A stretch of 64,000 nucleotides of DNA from the human T2T-CHM13v2.0 reference genome, Homo sapiens, in NCBI RefSeq assembly GCF_009914755.1, contig NC_060946.1, one strand, 5' to 3'. Below the pieces are notes generated by a model. It did no database searches and had not been told where the DNA came from. It saw only the letters and a list, made by a program, of their open reading frames with translations. Below, in pieces: positions 14,401 through 28,882 of this stretch (positions within the stretch are counted from its first letter, which is position 1; the number at the start of each line of letters is the position of its first letter). A program made the position numbers and the translations under genes.

Positions 14401-17400
14401 GCTTCATGGGGCCTTGTCACATATCTCTGCACTGATCACCCAGGTGATGTAACTTTTGTCTAGGCTCTGCTTCCAGGGCATATTGTGACATATCTATGCA
14501 CTGATCACCTTAGTGATGTAACACTTTGGTAGGCTCGGCCTACAGGGGAATCTTGACATATCTCTGCACTGTTAACCGAGGTGATTTAACTCTTGTCTAG
14601 GCTGTGCCCACAGGGGGATTGAGACATATCTCTGCACTGATCCCGAGGTGATACAACTCTTGCCTGGTCTCTGCCTACTGTGGATATTGTGACATATCTC
14701 TGCACTGATCTCCCAGGTGCTGTAACTTTAGTCTAGGCTCTGGCTACACGGCATTGTGACATATCACTGCACTGATCACCCAGGCGATATAACTCTTCTC
14801 TAGGATCTGACCACAGGGTGCTTTGTGACATATCCCTGCAATGATCACCCAGGTGATATACCACTTGCCAAGGCTCTGCCTACAGGGGCATTGCAATGTA
14901 TCTCTGCACTGATCACCTAGGACTTGTAGCTATTTTCTAGGATCTGCCTACAGGGTGCTTTCTGACGTGTCCCAGCAAGGATTACCCAGGTGATGTACCT
15001 CTCATCAAGGCTCTGCCTACAGGCACATTGTGATGTATCTCTGCACTGATCACCTAGGTCATGTAACCTTTTTCTAGGCTCTACCTACGATGGCATTGTG
15101 ACATATCTCTGCACTAATCATCCAAGTGATGTAACACTTGTCTAGGATGTGCCTAAATTAACTTTTTGACATAACCCTGTACTGATCATCCAGGTGATGG
15201 AGCTTTTGTCTAGGCTCTGCCTAAGGGGGCATTGTGACATATTTCTGCATTGATCCCCCAGGTTGCGAACTCTTCTCTCGGATCTGCCTATGGGGGCATT
15301 GTGAGAAATCTCTGCACTGATAACCCAGGTGATGTAACTGTTGTGTAACCTCTGCCTACAGGAGAATTGTGAGAGATCTCGTCACTGATTACCCAAGTGA
15401 TGTAACCGTTGTCTAGGCTTTGCATACAGGGGGCTCTGTGACATACCTTTGCACTGATCACCCAGGTGATGTAACACATCTAAGTTCGGCCTAAAGGAGC
15501 TTTGTGACATATCTCTGCACTGATCACTTAGGTGATGTAACACTTTTATAATCACTGCCTACAGGGAATTTTGACAAATCTCTGCACTGATCACCTAGGT
15601 GATGTAACTCTTGTCTACCCCCTGTCCAACGGGGCATTGTGAAATATCTCTGCACTGATCACCCAGGTGATTCAACTCTTGACTAGGAACTGCCTACAGA
15701 GGTTATTGTGAAATATCTCTGCACTGATAAACTAGGTGGTGTAACCCTTGTCCAAGCTCTGCCTACAGGGGCGTTTCCACATATCCCTGAACTGATGACA
15801 AAGGTGATGTAACTCTTGCCTAGGCTTTGCCTACAGGGAACATTGGACATATATCTGCACTGATCACCCAGGTGATGCAACTCCTGCCTAGGCTTTGCCT
15901 ACAGGGGACATTGTGACATATCTCTTCAATGATCACCCATGTGATGCATCTCTTGCCTAGGCTTTGCCTACAGGGGACATTGTGACATATCTCTGCACTG
16001 ATCTCCCAGGTGCTGTAACTTTAGTCTAGGCTCTGGCTACACGGCATTGTGACATATCACTGCACTGATCAACCAGGTGATATAACTCTTGTATAGGCTC
16101 TGCCTACAGGGGGATTGTGACCTACCTCTGCACTGATCACCCAGGTGATATAACTCTTCTCTAGGATCTGCCTACAGGGTACTTTGTGACATATCCCTGC
16201 ACTGATCACCCAGGTGATCTATCTCTGGTCTAAGCTCTGCCTAAAGGGGCATTGTGACAGATCTCTGCACTGATCACTCAGGTGATGTAAGTATTGTCTA
16301 GGCTCTGCTTCAAGGGGCCTTGTCACATATCTCTGCACTGAAAACCCAGGTGATGTAACTCTTGTCTAGGCTCTGCTTCCAGGGCATATTGTGACATATC
16401 TATGCACTGATCACCTTAGTGATGTAACACTTTGGTAGGCTCGGCCTACAGGGGAATGTTGACATATCTCTGCACTGTTAACCGAGGTGATTTAACTCTT
16501 GTCTAGGCTGTGCCCACAGTGGGATTGAGACATATCTCTGCACTGATCCCGAGGTGATACAACTCTTGCCTGGTCTCTGCCTACTGTGGACATTGTGACA
16601 TATCTCTGCACTGATCTCCCAGGTGCTGTAACTTTAGTCTAGGCTCTGGCTACACGGCATTGTGACATATCACTGCACTGATCACCCAGGCGATATAACT
16701 CTTCTCTAGGATCTGACCACAGGGTGCTTTGTGACATATCCCTGCAATGATCACCCAGGTGACATACAACTTGCCAAGGCTCTGCCTACAGGGGCATTGC
16801 AATGTATCTCTGCACTGATCACCTAGGTCTTGTAGCTATTTTCTAGGATCTGCCTACAGGGTGCTTTGTGAGGTGTCCCAGCAAGGTTTACCCAGGTGAT
16901 GTATCTCTCATCAAGGCTCTGCCTACAGGCACATTGTGATGTATCTCTGCACTGATCACCTCGGTCATGTAACTTTTTTCTAGGCTCTACCTACGATGGC
17001 ATTGTGACATATCTCTGCACTAATCATCCAAGTGATGTAACACTTGTCTAGGATGTGCCTAAATTAACTTTTTGACATAACCCTGTACTGATCATCCAGG
17101 TGATGGAGCTTTTGTCTAGGCTCTGCCTAAGGGGGCATTGTGACATATTTCTGCATTGATCACCCAGGTGGCGAACTCTTGTCTCGGATCTGCCTATGGG
17201 GGCATTGTGAGAAATCTCTGCACTGATCACCCAGGTGATGTAACTGTTGTGTAACCTCTGCCTACAGGGGAATTGTGAGAGATCTCGTAACTGATTACCC
17301 AAGTGATGTAACCGTTGTCTAGGCTTTGCATACAGGGGGCTTTGTGACATACCTTTGCACTGATCACCCAGGTGATGTAACACAGCTAATTTCGGCCTAA

Positions 17401-20400
17401 AGGAGCTTTGTGACATATCTCTGCACTGATCACTTAGGTGATGTAACACTTTTATAATCACTGCCTACAGGGAATTTTGACAAATCTCTGCACTGATCAC
17501 CTAGGTGATGTAACTCTTGTCTAACCCCTGTCCAACAGGGCATTGTGAAATATCTCTGCACTGATCACCCAGGTGATTCAACTCTTGACTAGGAACTGCC
17601 TACAGAGGTTATTGTGAAATATCTCTGCACTGATAAACTAGGTGGTGTAACCATTGTCCAAGCTCTGCCTACAGGGGCTTTTCCACATATCCCTGAACTG
17701 ATGACAAAGGTGATGTAACTCTTGCCTAGGCTTTGCCTACAGGGAACATTGGACATATATCTGCACTGATCACCCAGGTGATGCAACTCTTGCCTAGGCT
17801 TTGCCTACAGGGGCATTGTGACATATCTCTTCAATGATCACTCATGTGATGCATCTCTTGCCTAGGCTTTGCCTACAGGGGACATTGTGACATATCTCTG
17901 CACTGATCTCCCAGTTGCTGTAACTTTAGTCTAGGCTCTGGCTACACGGCATTGTGACATATCACTGCACTGGTCAACCAGGTGATATAACTCTTGTATA
18001 GGCTCTGCCTACAGGGGGATTTTGACCTACCTCTGCACTGATCACGCCGGTGATATAACTCTTCTCTAGGATCTTCCTACAGGGTACTTTGTGACATATC
18101 CCTGCACTGATCACCCAGGTGATCTATCTCTGGTCTAAGCTCTGCCTAAAGGGGCATTGTGACAGATCTCTGCACTGATCACTCAGGTGATGTAAGTATT
18201 GTCTAGGCTCTGCTTCAAGGGGCCTTGTCACATATCTCTGCACGGATCACCCAGGTGATGTAACTCTTGTCTAGGCTCTGCTTCCAGGGCATATTGTGAC
18301 ATATCTATGCACTGATCACCTTAGTGATGTAACACTTTGGTAGGCTCGGCCTACAGGGGAATCTTGACATATCTCTGCACTGTTAACCGAGGTGATTTAA
18401 CTCTTGTCTAGGCTGTGCCCACAGGGGGATTGAGACATATCTCTGCACTGATCCCGAGGTGATACAACTCTTGCCTGGTCTCTGCCTACTGTGGACATTG
18501 TGACATATCTCTGCACTGATCTCCCAGGTGCTGTAACTTTAGTCTAGGCTCTGGCTACACGGCATTGTGACATATCACTGCACTGATCACCCAGGCGATA
18601 TAACTCTTCTCTAGGATCTGACCACAGGGTGCTTTGTGACATATACCTGCAATGATCACCCAGGTGATATACCACTTGCCAAGGCTCTGCCTACAGGGGC
18701 ATTGCAATGTATCTCTGCACTGATCACCTAGGTCTTGTAGCTATTTTCTAGGATGTGCCTACAGGGTGCTTTGTGACGTGTCCCAGCAAGGATTACCCAG
18801 GTGATGTACCTCTCATCAAGGCTCTGCCTACAGGCACATTGTGATGTATCTCTGCACTGATCACCTAGGTCATGTAAATTTTGTATAGGCTCTACCTACG
18901 ATGGCATTGTGACATATCTCTGCACTAATCATCCAAGTGATGTAACTCTTGTCTAGGATGTGCCTAAATTAACTTTTTGACATAACCCTGTACTGATCAT
19001 CCAGGTGATGGAGCTTTTGTCTAGGCTCTGCCTAAGGGGGCATTGTGACGTATTTCTGCATTGATCCCCAAGTGGCGAACTCTTCTCTCGGATCTGCCTA
19101 TGGGGGCATTGTGAGAAATCTCTGCACTGATCACCCAGGTGATGTAACTGTTGTGTAACCTCTGCCTACAGGGGAATTGTGAGAGATCTCGTCACTGATT
19201 ACCCAAGTGATGTAACCGTTGTCTAGGCTTTGCGTACAAGGGGCTTTGTGACATACATTTGCACTGATCACCCAGGTGATGTAACACATCTAAGTTCGGC
19301 CTAAAGGAGCTTTGTGACATATCTCTGCACTGATCACTTAGGTGATGTAACACTTTTATAATCACTGCCTACAGGGAATTTTGACAAATCTCTGCACTGA
19401 TCACCTAGGTGATGTAACTCTTGTCTACCCCCTGTCCAACGAGGCATTGTGAAATATCTCTGCACTGATCACCCAGGTGACTCAACTCTTGACTAGGAAC
19501 TGCCTACAGAGGTTATTGTGAAATATCTCTGCACTGATAAACTAGGTGGTGTAACCCTTGTCCAAGCTCTGCCTACAGGGGCGTTTCCACATATCCCTGA
19601 ACTGATGACAAAGGTGATGTAACTCTTGCCTAGGCTTTGCCTACAGGGAACATTGGACATATATCTGCACTGATCACCCAGGTGATGCAACTCCTGCCTA
19701 GGCTTTGCCTACAGGGGACATTGTGACATATCTCTTCAATGATCACTCATGTGATGCATCTCTTGCCTAGGCTTTGCCTGCAGGGGCATTGTGACATATC
19801 TCTGCACTGATCTCCCAGGTGCTGTAACTTTAGTCTAGGCTCTGACTACACGGCATTGTGACATATCACTGCACTGATCAACCAGGTGATATAACTCTTG
19901 TATAGGCTCTGCCTACAGGGGGATTGTGACCTACCTCTGCACTGATCACCCAGGTGATATAACTCTTCTCTAGGATCTGCCTACAGGGTACTTTGTGACA
20001 TATCCCTGCACTGATCACCCAGGTGATCTATCTCTGGTCTAAGCTCTGCCTAAAGGGGCATTGTGACAGATCTCTGCGCTGATCACTCAGGTGATGTAAG
20101 TATTGTCTAGGCTCGGCTTCAAGGGGCCTTGTCACATATCTCTGCACTGATCACCCAGGTGATGTAACTCTTGTCTAGGCTCTGCTTCCAGGGCATATTG
20201 TGACATATCTATGCACTGATCACCTTAGTGATGTAACACTTTGGTAGGCTCGGCCTACAGGGGAATCTTGACATATCTCTGCACTGTTAACCGAGGTGAT
20301 TTAACTCTTGTCTAGGCTGTGCCCACAGGGGGATTGAGACATGTCTCTGCACTGATCCCGAGGTGATACAACTCTTGCCTGGTCTCTGCCTACTGTGGAC

Positions 20401-23400
20401 ATTGTGACATATCTCTGCACTGATCTCCCAGGTGCTGTAACTTTAGTCTAGGCTCTGGCTACACGGCATTGTGACATATCACTGCACTGATCACCCAGGC
20501 GATATAACTCTTCTCTAGGATCTGACCACAGGGTGCTTTGTGACATATCCCTGCAATGATCACCCAGGTGATATACCACTTGCCAAGGCTCTGCCTACAG
20601 GGGCATTGCAATGTATCTCTGCACTGATCACCTAGGACTTGTAGCTATTTTCTAGGATCTGCCTACAGGGTGCTTTGTGACGTGTCCCAGCAAGGATTAC
20701 CCAGGTGATGTACCTCTCATCAAGGCTCTGCCTACAGGCACATTGTGATGTATCTCTGCACTGATCACCTAGGTCATGTAACCTTTTTCTAGGCTCTACC
20801 TACGATGGCATTGTGACATATCTCTGCACTAATCATCCAAGTGATGTAACACTTGTCTAGGATGTGCCTAAATTAACTTTTTGACATAACCCTGTACTGA
20901 TCATCCAGGTGATGGAGCTTTTGTCTAGGCTCTGCCTAAGGGGGCATTGTGACATATTTCTGCATTGATCACCCAGGTGGCGAACTCTTCTCTCGGATCT
21001 GCCTATGGGGGCATTGTGAGAAATCTCTGCACTGATAACCCAGGTGATGTAACTGTTGTGTAACCTCTGCCTACAGGAGAATTGTGAGAGATCTCGTCAC
21101 TGATTACCCAAGTGATGTAACCGTTGTCTAGGCTTTGCATACTGGGGGCTCTGTGACATACCTTTGCACTGATCACCCAGGTGATGTAACACATCTAAGT
21201 TCGGCCTAAAGGAGCTTTGTGACATATCTCTGCACTGATCACTTAGGTGATGTAACACTTTTATAATCACTGCCTACAGGGAATTTTGACAAATCTCTGC
21301 ACTGATCACCTAGGTGATGTAACTCTTGTCTACCCCCTGTCCAACGGGGCATTGTGAAATATCTCTGCACTGATCACCCAGGTGATTCAACTCTTGACTA
21401 GGAACTGCCTACAGAGGTTATTGTGAAATATCTCTGCACTGATAAACTAGGTGGTGTAACCCTTGTCCAAGCTCTGCCTACAGGGGCGTTTCCACATATC
21501 CCTGAACTGATGACAAAGGTGATGTAACACTTGCCTAGGCTTTGCCTACAGGGAACATTGGACATATATCTGCACTGATCACCCAGGTGATGCAACTCCT
21601 GCCTAGGCTTTGCCTACAGGGGACATTGTGACATATCTCTTCAATGATCACCCATGTGATGCATCTCTTGCCTAGGCTTTGCCTACAGGGGACATTGTGA
21701 CATATCTCTGCACTGATCTCCCAGGTGCTGTAATTTAGTCTAGGCTCTGGCTACACGGCATTGTGACATATCACTGCACTGATCAACCAGGTGATATAAC
21801 TCTTGTATAGGCTCTGCCTACAGGGGGATTGTGACCTACCTCTGCACTGATCACCCAGGTGATATAACTCTTCTCTAGGATCTGCCTACAGGGTACTTTG
21901 TGACATATCACTGCACTGATCACCCAGGTGATCTATCTCTGCTCTAAGCTCTGCCTAAAGGGGCATTGTGACAGATCTCTGCACTGATCACTCAGGTGAT
22001 GTAAGTATTGTCTAGGCTCGGCTTCAAGGGGCCTTGTCACATATCTCTGCACTGATCACCCAGGTGATGTAACTCTTGTCTAGGCTCTGCTTCCAGGGCA
22101 TATTGTGACCTATCTATGCACTGATCACCTTAGTGATGTAACACTTTGGTAGGCTCGGCCTACAGGGGAATCTTGACATATCTCTGCACTGTTAACCGAG
22201 GTGATTTAACTCTTGTCTAGGCTGTGCCCACAGGGGGATTGAGACATATCTCTGCACTGATCCCGAGGTGATACAACTCTTGCCTGGTCTCTGCCTACTG
22301 TGGACATTGTGACATATCTCTGCACTGATCTCCCAGGTGCTGTAACTTTAGTCTAGGCTCTGGCTACACGGCATTGTGACATATCACTTCACTGATCACC
22401 CAGGCGATATAACTCTTCTCTAGGATCTGACCACAGGGTGCTTTGTGACATATCCCTGCAATGATCACCCAGGTGATATACCACTTGCCAAGGCTCTGCC
22501 TACAGGGGCATTGCAATGTATCTCTGCACTGATCACCTAGGTCTTGTAGCTATTTTCTAGGATCTGCCTACAGGGTGCTTTGTGACGTGTCCCAGCAAGG
22601 ATTACCCAGGTGATGTACCTCTCATCAAGGCTCTGCCTACAGGCACATTGTGATGTATCTCTGCACTGATCACCTAGGTCATGTAACCTTTTTCTAGGCT
22701 CTACCTACGATGGCATTGTGACATATCTCTGCACTAATCATCCAAGTGATGTAACACTTGTCTAGGATGTGCCTAAATTAACTTTTTGACATAACCCTGT
22801 ACTGATCATCCAGGTGATGGAGCTTTTGTCTAGGCTCTGCCTAAGGGGGCATTGTGACATATTTCTGCATTGATCACCCAGGTGGCGAACTCTTCTCTCG
22901 GATCTGCCTATGGGGGCATTGTGAGAAATCTCTGCACTGATAACCCAGGTGATGTAACTGTTGTGTAACCTCTGCCTACAGGGGAATTGTGAGAGATCTC
23001 GTCACTGATTACCCAAGTGATGTAACCGTTGTCTAGGCTTTGCATACAGGGGGCTTTGTGACATACCTTTGCACTGATCACCCAGGTGATGTAACACATC
23101 TAAGTTCGGCCGAAAGGAGCTTTGTGACATATCTCTGCACTGATCACTTAGGTGATGTAACACTTTTATAATCACTGCCTACAGGGAATTTTGACAAATC
23201 TCTGCACTGATCACCTAGGTGATGTAACTCTTGTCTACCCCCTGTCCAACAGGGCATTTTGAAATATCTCTGCACTGATCACCCAGGTGATTCAATTCTT
23301 GACTAGGAACTGCCTACAGAGGTTATTGTGAAATATCTCTGCACTGATAAACTAGGTGGTGTAACCATTGTCCAAGCTCTGCCTACAGGGGCGTCTCCAC

Positions 23401-25208
23401 ATATCCCTGAACTGATGACAAAGGTGATGTAACTCTTGCCTAGGCTTTGCCTGCAGGGAACATTGGACATATATCTGCACTGATCACCCAGGTGATGCAA
23501 CTCTTGCCTAGGCTTTGCCTACAGGGGACATTGTGACATATCTCTTCAATGATCACTCATGTGATGCATCTCTTGCCTAGGCTTTGCCTGCAGGGGACAT
23601 TGTGACATATCTCTGCACTGATCTCCCAGGTGCTGTAACTTTAGTCTAGGCTCTGGCTACACGGCATTGTGACATATCACTGCACTGATCAACCAGGTGA
23701 TATAACTCTTGTATAGGCTCTGCCTACAGGGGGATTGTGACCTACCTCTGCACTGATCACCCAGGTGATATAACTCTTCTCTAGGATCTGCCTACAGGGT
23801 ACTTTGTGACATATCCCTGCACTGATCACCCAGGTGATCTATCTCTGGTCTAAGCTCTGCCTAAAGGGGCATTGTGACAGATCTCTGCACTGATCACTCA
23901 GGTGATGTAAGTATTGTCTAGGCTCTGCTTCAAGGGGCCTTGTCACATATCTCTGCACTGATCACCCAGGTGATGTAACTCTTGTCTAGGCTCTGCTTCC
24001 AGGGCATATTGTGACATATCTATGCACTGATCACCTTAGTGATGTAACACTTTGGTAGGCTCGGCCTACAGGGGAATCTTGACATATCTCTGCACTGTTA
24101 ACCGAGGTGATTTAACCCTTGTCTAGGCTGTGCCCACAGGGGGATTGAGACATATCTCTGCAGTGATCCCGAGGTGATACAACTCTTGCCTGGTCTCTGC
24201 CTACTGTGGACATTGGGACATATCTCTGCACTGATCTCCCAGGTGCTGTAACTTTAGTCTAGGCTCTGGCTACACGGCATTGTGACATATCACTGCACTG
24301 ATCACCCAGGCGATATAACTCTGCTCTAGGATCAGACCACAGGGTGCTTTGTGACATATCCCTGCAATGATCACCCAGGTTATATACCACTTGCCAAGGC
24401 TCTGCCTACAGGGGCATTGCAATGTATCTCTGCACTGATCACCTAGGTCTTGTAGCTATTTTCTAGGATCTGCCTACAGGGTGCTTTGTGACGTTTCCCA
24501 GCAACGATTACCCAGGTGATGTACCTCTCATCAAGGCTCTGCCTACAGGCACATTGTGATGTATCTCTGCACTGATCACCTAGGTCATGTAACTTTTTTC
24601 TAGGCTCTACCTACGATGGCATTGTGACATATCTCTGCACTAATCATCCAAGTGATGTAACTCTTGTATAGGATGTGTCTAAATTAACTTTTTGACATAA
24701 CCCTGTACTGATCATCCAGGTGATGGAGCTTTTGTCTAGGCTCTGCCTAAGGGGGCATTGTGACATATTTCTGCATTGATCACCCAGGTGGCGAACTCTT
24801 CTCTCGGATCTGACTATGGGGGCATTGTGAGAAATCTCTGCACTGATCACCCAGGTGATGTAACTGTTGTGTAACCTCTGCCTACAGGGGAATTGTGAGG
24901 GATCTCGTCAATGATTACCCAAGTGATGTATCCGTTCTCTAGGCTTTGCATACAGGGGGCTTTGTGACATAACTTTGCACTGATCACCCAGGTGATGTAA
25001 CACATCTAAGTTCGGCCTAAAGGAGCTTTGTGACATATCTCTGCACTGATCACTTAGGTGATGTAACACTTTTATAATCACTGCCTACAGGGAATTTTGA
25101 CAAATCTCTGCACTGATCACCTAGGTGATGTAACTCTTGTCTACCCTCTGTCCAACGGGGCATTGTGAAATATCTCTGCACTGATCACCCAGGTGATTCA
25201 ACTCTTGA

Positions 25209-27045
25209 CTAGGAACTGCCTACAGAGGTTATTGTGAAATATCTCTGCACTGATAAACTAGGTGGTGTAACCCTTGTCCAAGCTCTGCCTACAGGGGCGT
25301 TTTCACATATCCATGAACTGATGACAAAGGTGATGTAACTCTTGCCTAGGCTTTGCCTACAGGGAACATTGGACATATATCTGCACTGATCACCCAGGTG
25401 ATGCAACTGTTGCCTAGGCTTTGCCTACAAGGGACATTGTGACATATCTCTGCACTGATCTCCCAGTTGCTGTAACTTTAGTCTAGGCTCTGGCTACACG
25501 GCATTGTGACATATCACTGCACTGATCAACCAGGTGATATAACTCTTGTATAGGCTCTGCCTACAGGGGGATTGTGACCTACCTCTGCACTGATCACCCA
25601 GGTGATATAACTCTTCTCTAGGATCTGCCTACAGGGTACTTTGTGACATATCCCTGCACTGATCACCCAGGTGATCTATCTCTGGTCTAAGCTCTGCCTA
25701 AAGGGGCATTGTGACAGATCTCTGCACTGATCACTCAGGTGATGTAAGTATTGTCTAGGCTCTGCTTCAAGGGGCCTTGTCACATATCTCTGCACTGATC
25801 ACCCAGGTGATGTAACTCTTGTCTAGGCTCTGCTTCCAGGGCATATTGTGACATATCTATGCACTGATCACCTTAGTGATGTAACACTTTGGTAGGCTCG
25901 GCCTACAGGGGAATGTTGACATATCTCTGCACTGTTAACCGAGGTGATTTAACTCTTGTCTAGGCTGTGCACACAGGGGGATTGAGACATATCTCTGCAC
26001 TGATCCCGAGGTGATACAACTCTTGCCTGGTCTCTGCCTACTGTGGACATTGGGACATATCTCTGCACTGATCTCCCAGGTGCTGTAACTATAGTCTAGG
26101 CTCTGGCTACACGGCATTGTGACATATCACTGCACTGATCACCCAGGCGATATAACTCTGCTCTAGGATCTGACCACAGGGTGCTTTGTGACATATCCCT
26201 GCAATGATCACCCAGGTTATATACCACTTGCCAAGGCTCTGCCTACAGGGGCATTGCAATGTATCTCTGCACTGATCACCTAGGTCTTGTAGCTATTTTC
26301 TAGGATCTGCCTACAGGGTGCTTTGTGACGTGTCCCAGCAAGGATTACCCAGGTGATGTACCTCTCATCAAGGCTCTGCCTACAGGCACATTGTGATGTA
26401 TCTCTGCACTGATCACCTCGGTCATGTAACTTTTTTCTAGGCTCTACCTACGATGGCATTGTGACATATCTCTGCACTAATCATCCAAGTGATGTAACTC
26501 TTGTCTAGGATGTGTCTAAATTAACTTTTTGACATAACCCTGTACTGATCATCCAGGTGATGGAGCTTTTGTCTAGGCTCTGCCTAAGGGGGCATTGTGA
26601 CATATTTCTGCATTGATCACCCAGGTGGCGAACACTTCTCTCGGATCTGCCTATGGGGGCATTGTGAGAAATCTCTGCACTGATCACCCAGGTGATGTAA
26701 CTGTTGTGTAACCTCTGCCTACAGGGGAATTGTGAGAGTTCTCGTCAATGATTACCCAAGTGATGTATCCGTTGTCTAGGCTTTGCATACAGGGGGCTTT
26801 GTGACATACCTTTGCACTGATCACCCAGGTGATGTAACACATCTAAGTTCGGCCTAAAGGAGCTTTGTGACATATCTCTGCACTGATCACTTAGGTGATG
26901 TAACACTTTTATCATCACTGCCTACAGGGAATTTTGACAAATCTCTGCACTGATCACCTAGGTGATGTAACTCTTGTCTACCCTCTGTCCAACGGGGCAT
27001 TGTGAAATATCTCTGCACTGATCACCCAGGTGATTCAACTCTTGA
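25209..27045. repeat. 27-monomer HOR variant (1837 bp)
   Basis: Landmark spacing is 1837 (1906-69). The TCTTCAATGATCACTCATGTGATGCATC monomer is absent near 25445. Confidence 0.93.
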
Positions 27046-28882
27046 CTAGGAACTGCCTACAGAGGTTATTGTGAAATATCTCTGCACTGATAAACTAGGT
27101 GGTGTAACCCTTGTCCAAGCTCTGCCTACAGGGGCGTTTCCACATATCCCTGAACTGATGACAAAGGTGATGTAACTCTTGCCTAGGCTTTGCCTACAGG
27201 GAACATTGGACATATATCTGCACTGATCACCCAGGTGATGCAACTGTTGCCTAGGCTTTGCCTACAGGGGACATTGTGACATATCTATGCACTGATCTCC
27301 CAGTTGCTGTAACTTTAGTCTAGGCTCTGGCTACACGGCATTGTGACATATCACTGCACTGATCAACCAGGTGATATAACCCTTGTATAGGCTCTGCCTA
27401 CAGGGGGATTGTGACCTACCTCTGCACTGATAACGCAGGTGATATAACTATTCTCTAGGATCCTCCTACAGGGTACTTTGTGACATATCCCTGCACTGAT
27501 CACCCAGGTGATCTATCTCTGGTCTAAGCTCTGCCTAAAGGGGCATTGTGACAGATCTCTGCACTGATCACTCAGGTGATGTAAGTATTTTCTAGGCTCT
27601 GCTTCAAGGGGCCTTGTCACATATCTCTGCACTGATCACCCAGGTGATGTAACTTTTGTCTAGGCTCTGCTTCCAGGGCATATTGTGACATATCTATGCA
27701 CTGATCACCTTAGTGATGTAACACTTTGGTAGGCTCGGCCTACAGGGGAATCTTGACATATCTCTGCACTGTTAACCGAGGTGATTTAACTCTTGTCTAG
27801 GCTGTGCCCACAGGGGGATTGAGACATATCTCTGCACTGATCCCGAGGTGATACAACTCTTGCCTGGTCTCTGCCTACTGTGGACATTGTGACATATCTC
27901 TGCACTGATCTCCCAGGTGCTGTAACTTTAGTCTAGGCTCTGGCTACACGGCATTGTGACATATCACTGCACTGATCACCCAGGCGATATAACTCTTCTC
28001 TAGGATCTGACCACAGGGTGCTTTGTGACATATCCCTGCAATGATCACCCAGGTGATATACAACTTGCCAAGGCTCTGCCTACAGGGGCATTGCAATGTA
28101 TCTCTGCACTGATCACCTAGGTCTTGTAGCTATTTTCTAGGATCTGCCTACAGGGTGCTTTGTGAGGTGTCCCAGCAAGGATTACCCAGGTGATGTATCT
28201 CTCATCAAGGCTCTGCCTACAGGCACATTGTGATGTATCTCTGCACTGATCACCTAGGTCATGTAACTTTTTTCTAGGCTCTACCTACGATGGCATTGCG
28301 ACATATCTCTGCACTAATCATCCAAGTGATGTAACACTTGTCTAGGATGTGCCTAAATTAACTTTTTGACATAACCCTGTACTGATCATCCAGGTGATGG
28401 AGCTTTTGTCTAGGCTCTGCCTAAGGGGGCATTGTGACATATTTCTGCATTGATCACCCAGGTGGCGAACTCTTCTCTCGGATCTGCCTATGGGGGCATT
28501 GTGAGAAATCTCTGCACTGATCACCCAGGTGATGTAACTGTTGTGTAACCTCTGCCTACAGGGGAATTGTGAGAGATCTCGTCACTGATTACCCAAGTGA
28601 TGTAACCGTTGTCTAGGCTTTGCATACAGGGGGCTTTGTGACATACCTTTGCACTGATCACCCAGGTGATGTAACACATCTAAGTTCGGCCTAAAGGAGC
28701 TTTGTGACATATCTCTGCACTGATCACTTAGGTGATGTAACACTTTTATAATGACTGCCTACAGGGAATTTTGACAAATCTCTGCACTGATCACCTAGGT
28801 GATGTAACTCTTGTCTACCCTCTGTCCAACGGGGCATTGTGAAATATCTCTGCACTGATCACCCAGGTGATTCAACTCTTGA
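27046..28882. repeat. 27-monomer HOR variant (1837 bp)
   Basis: The same monomer is missing near 27285, and the next landmark is at 28883. Confidence 0.92.

Noticed and set aside
17048-17461. 137-aa Cys/His-rich ORFs (also 61284-61697) resembling a zinc-finger or repeat protein
   Set aside because: They arise from chance loss of a stop codon (CTCGTCA changed to CTCGTAA or CTCGCCA) in a few units. There is no C2H2 spacing or linker, and the periodicity is simply the monomer.
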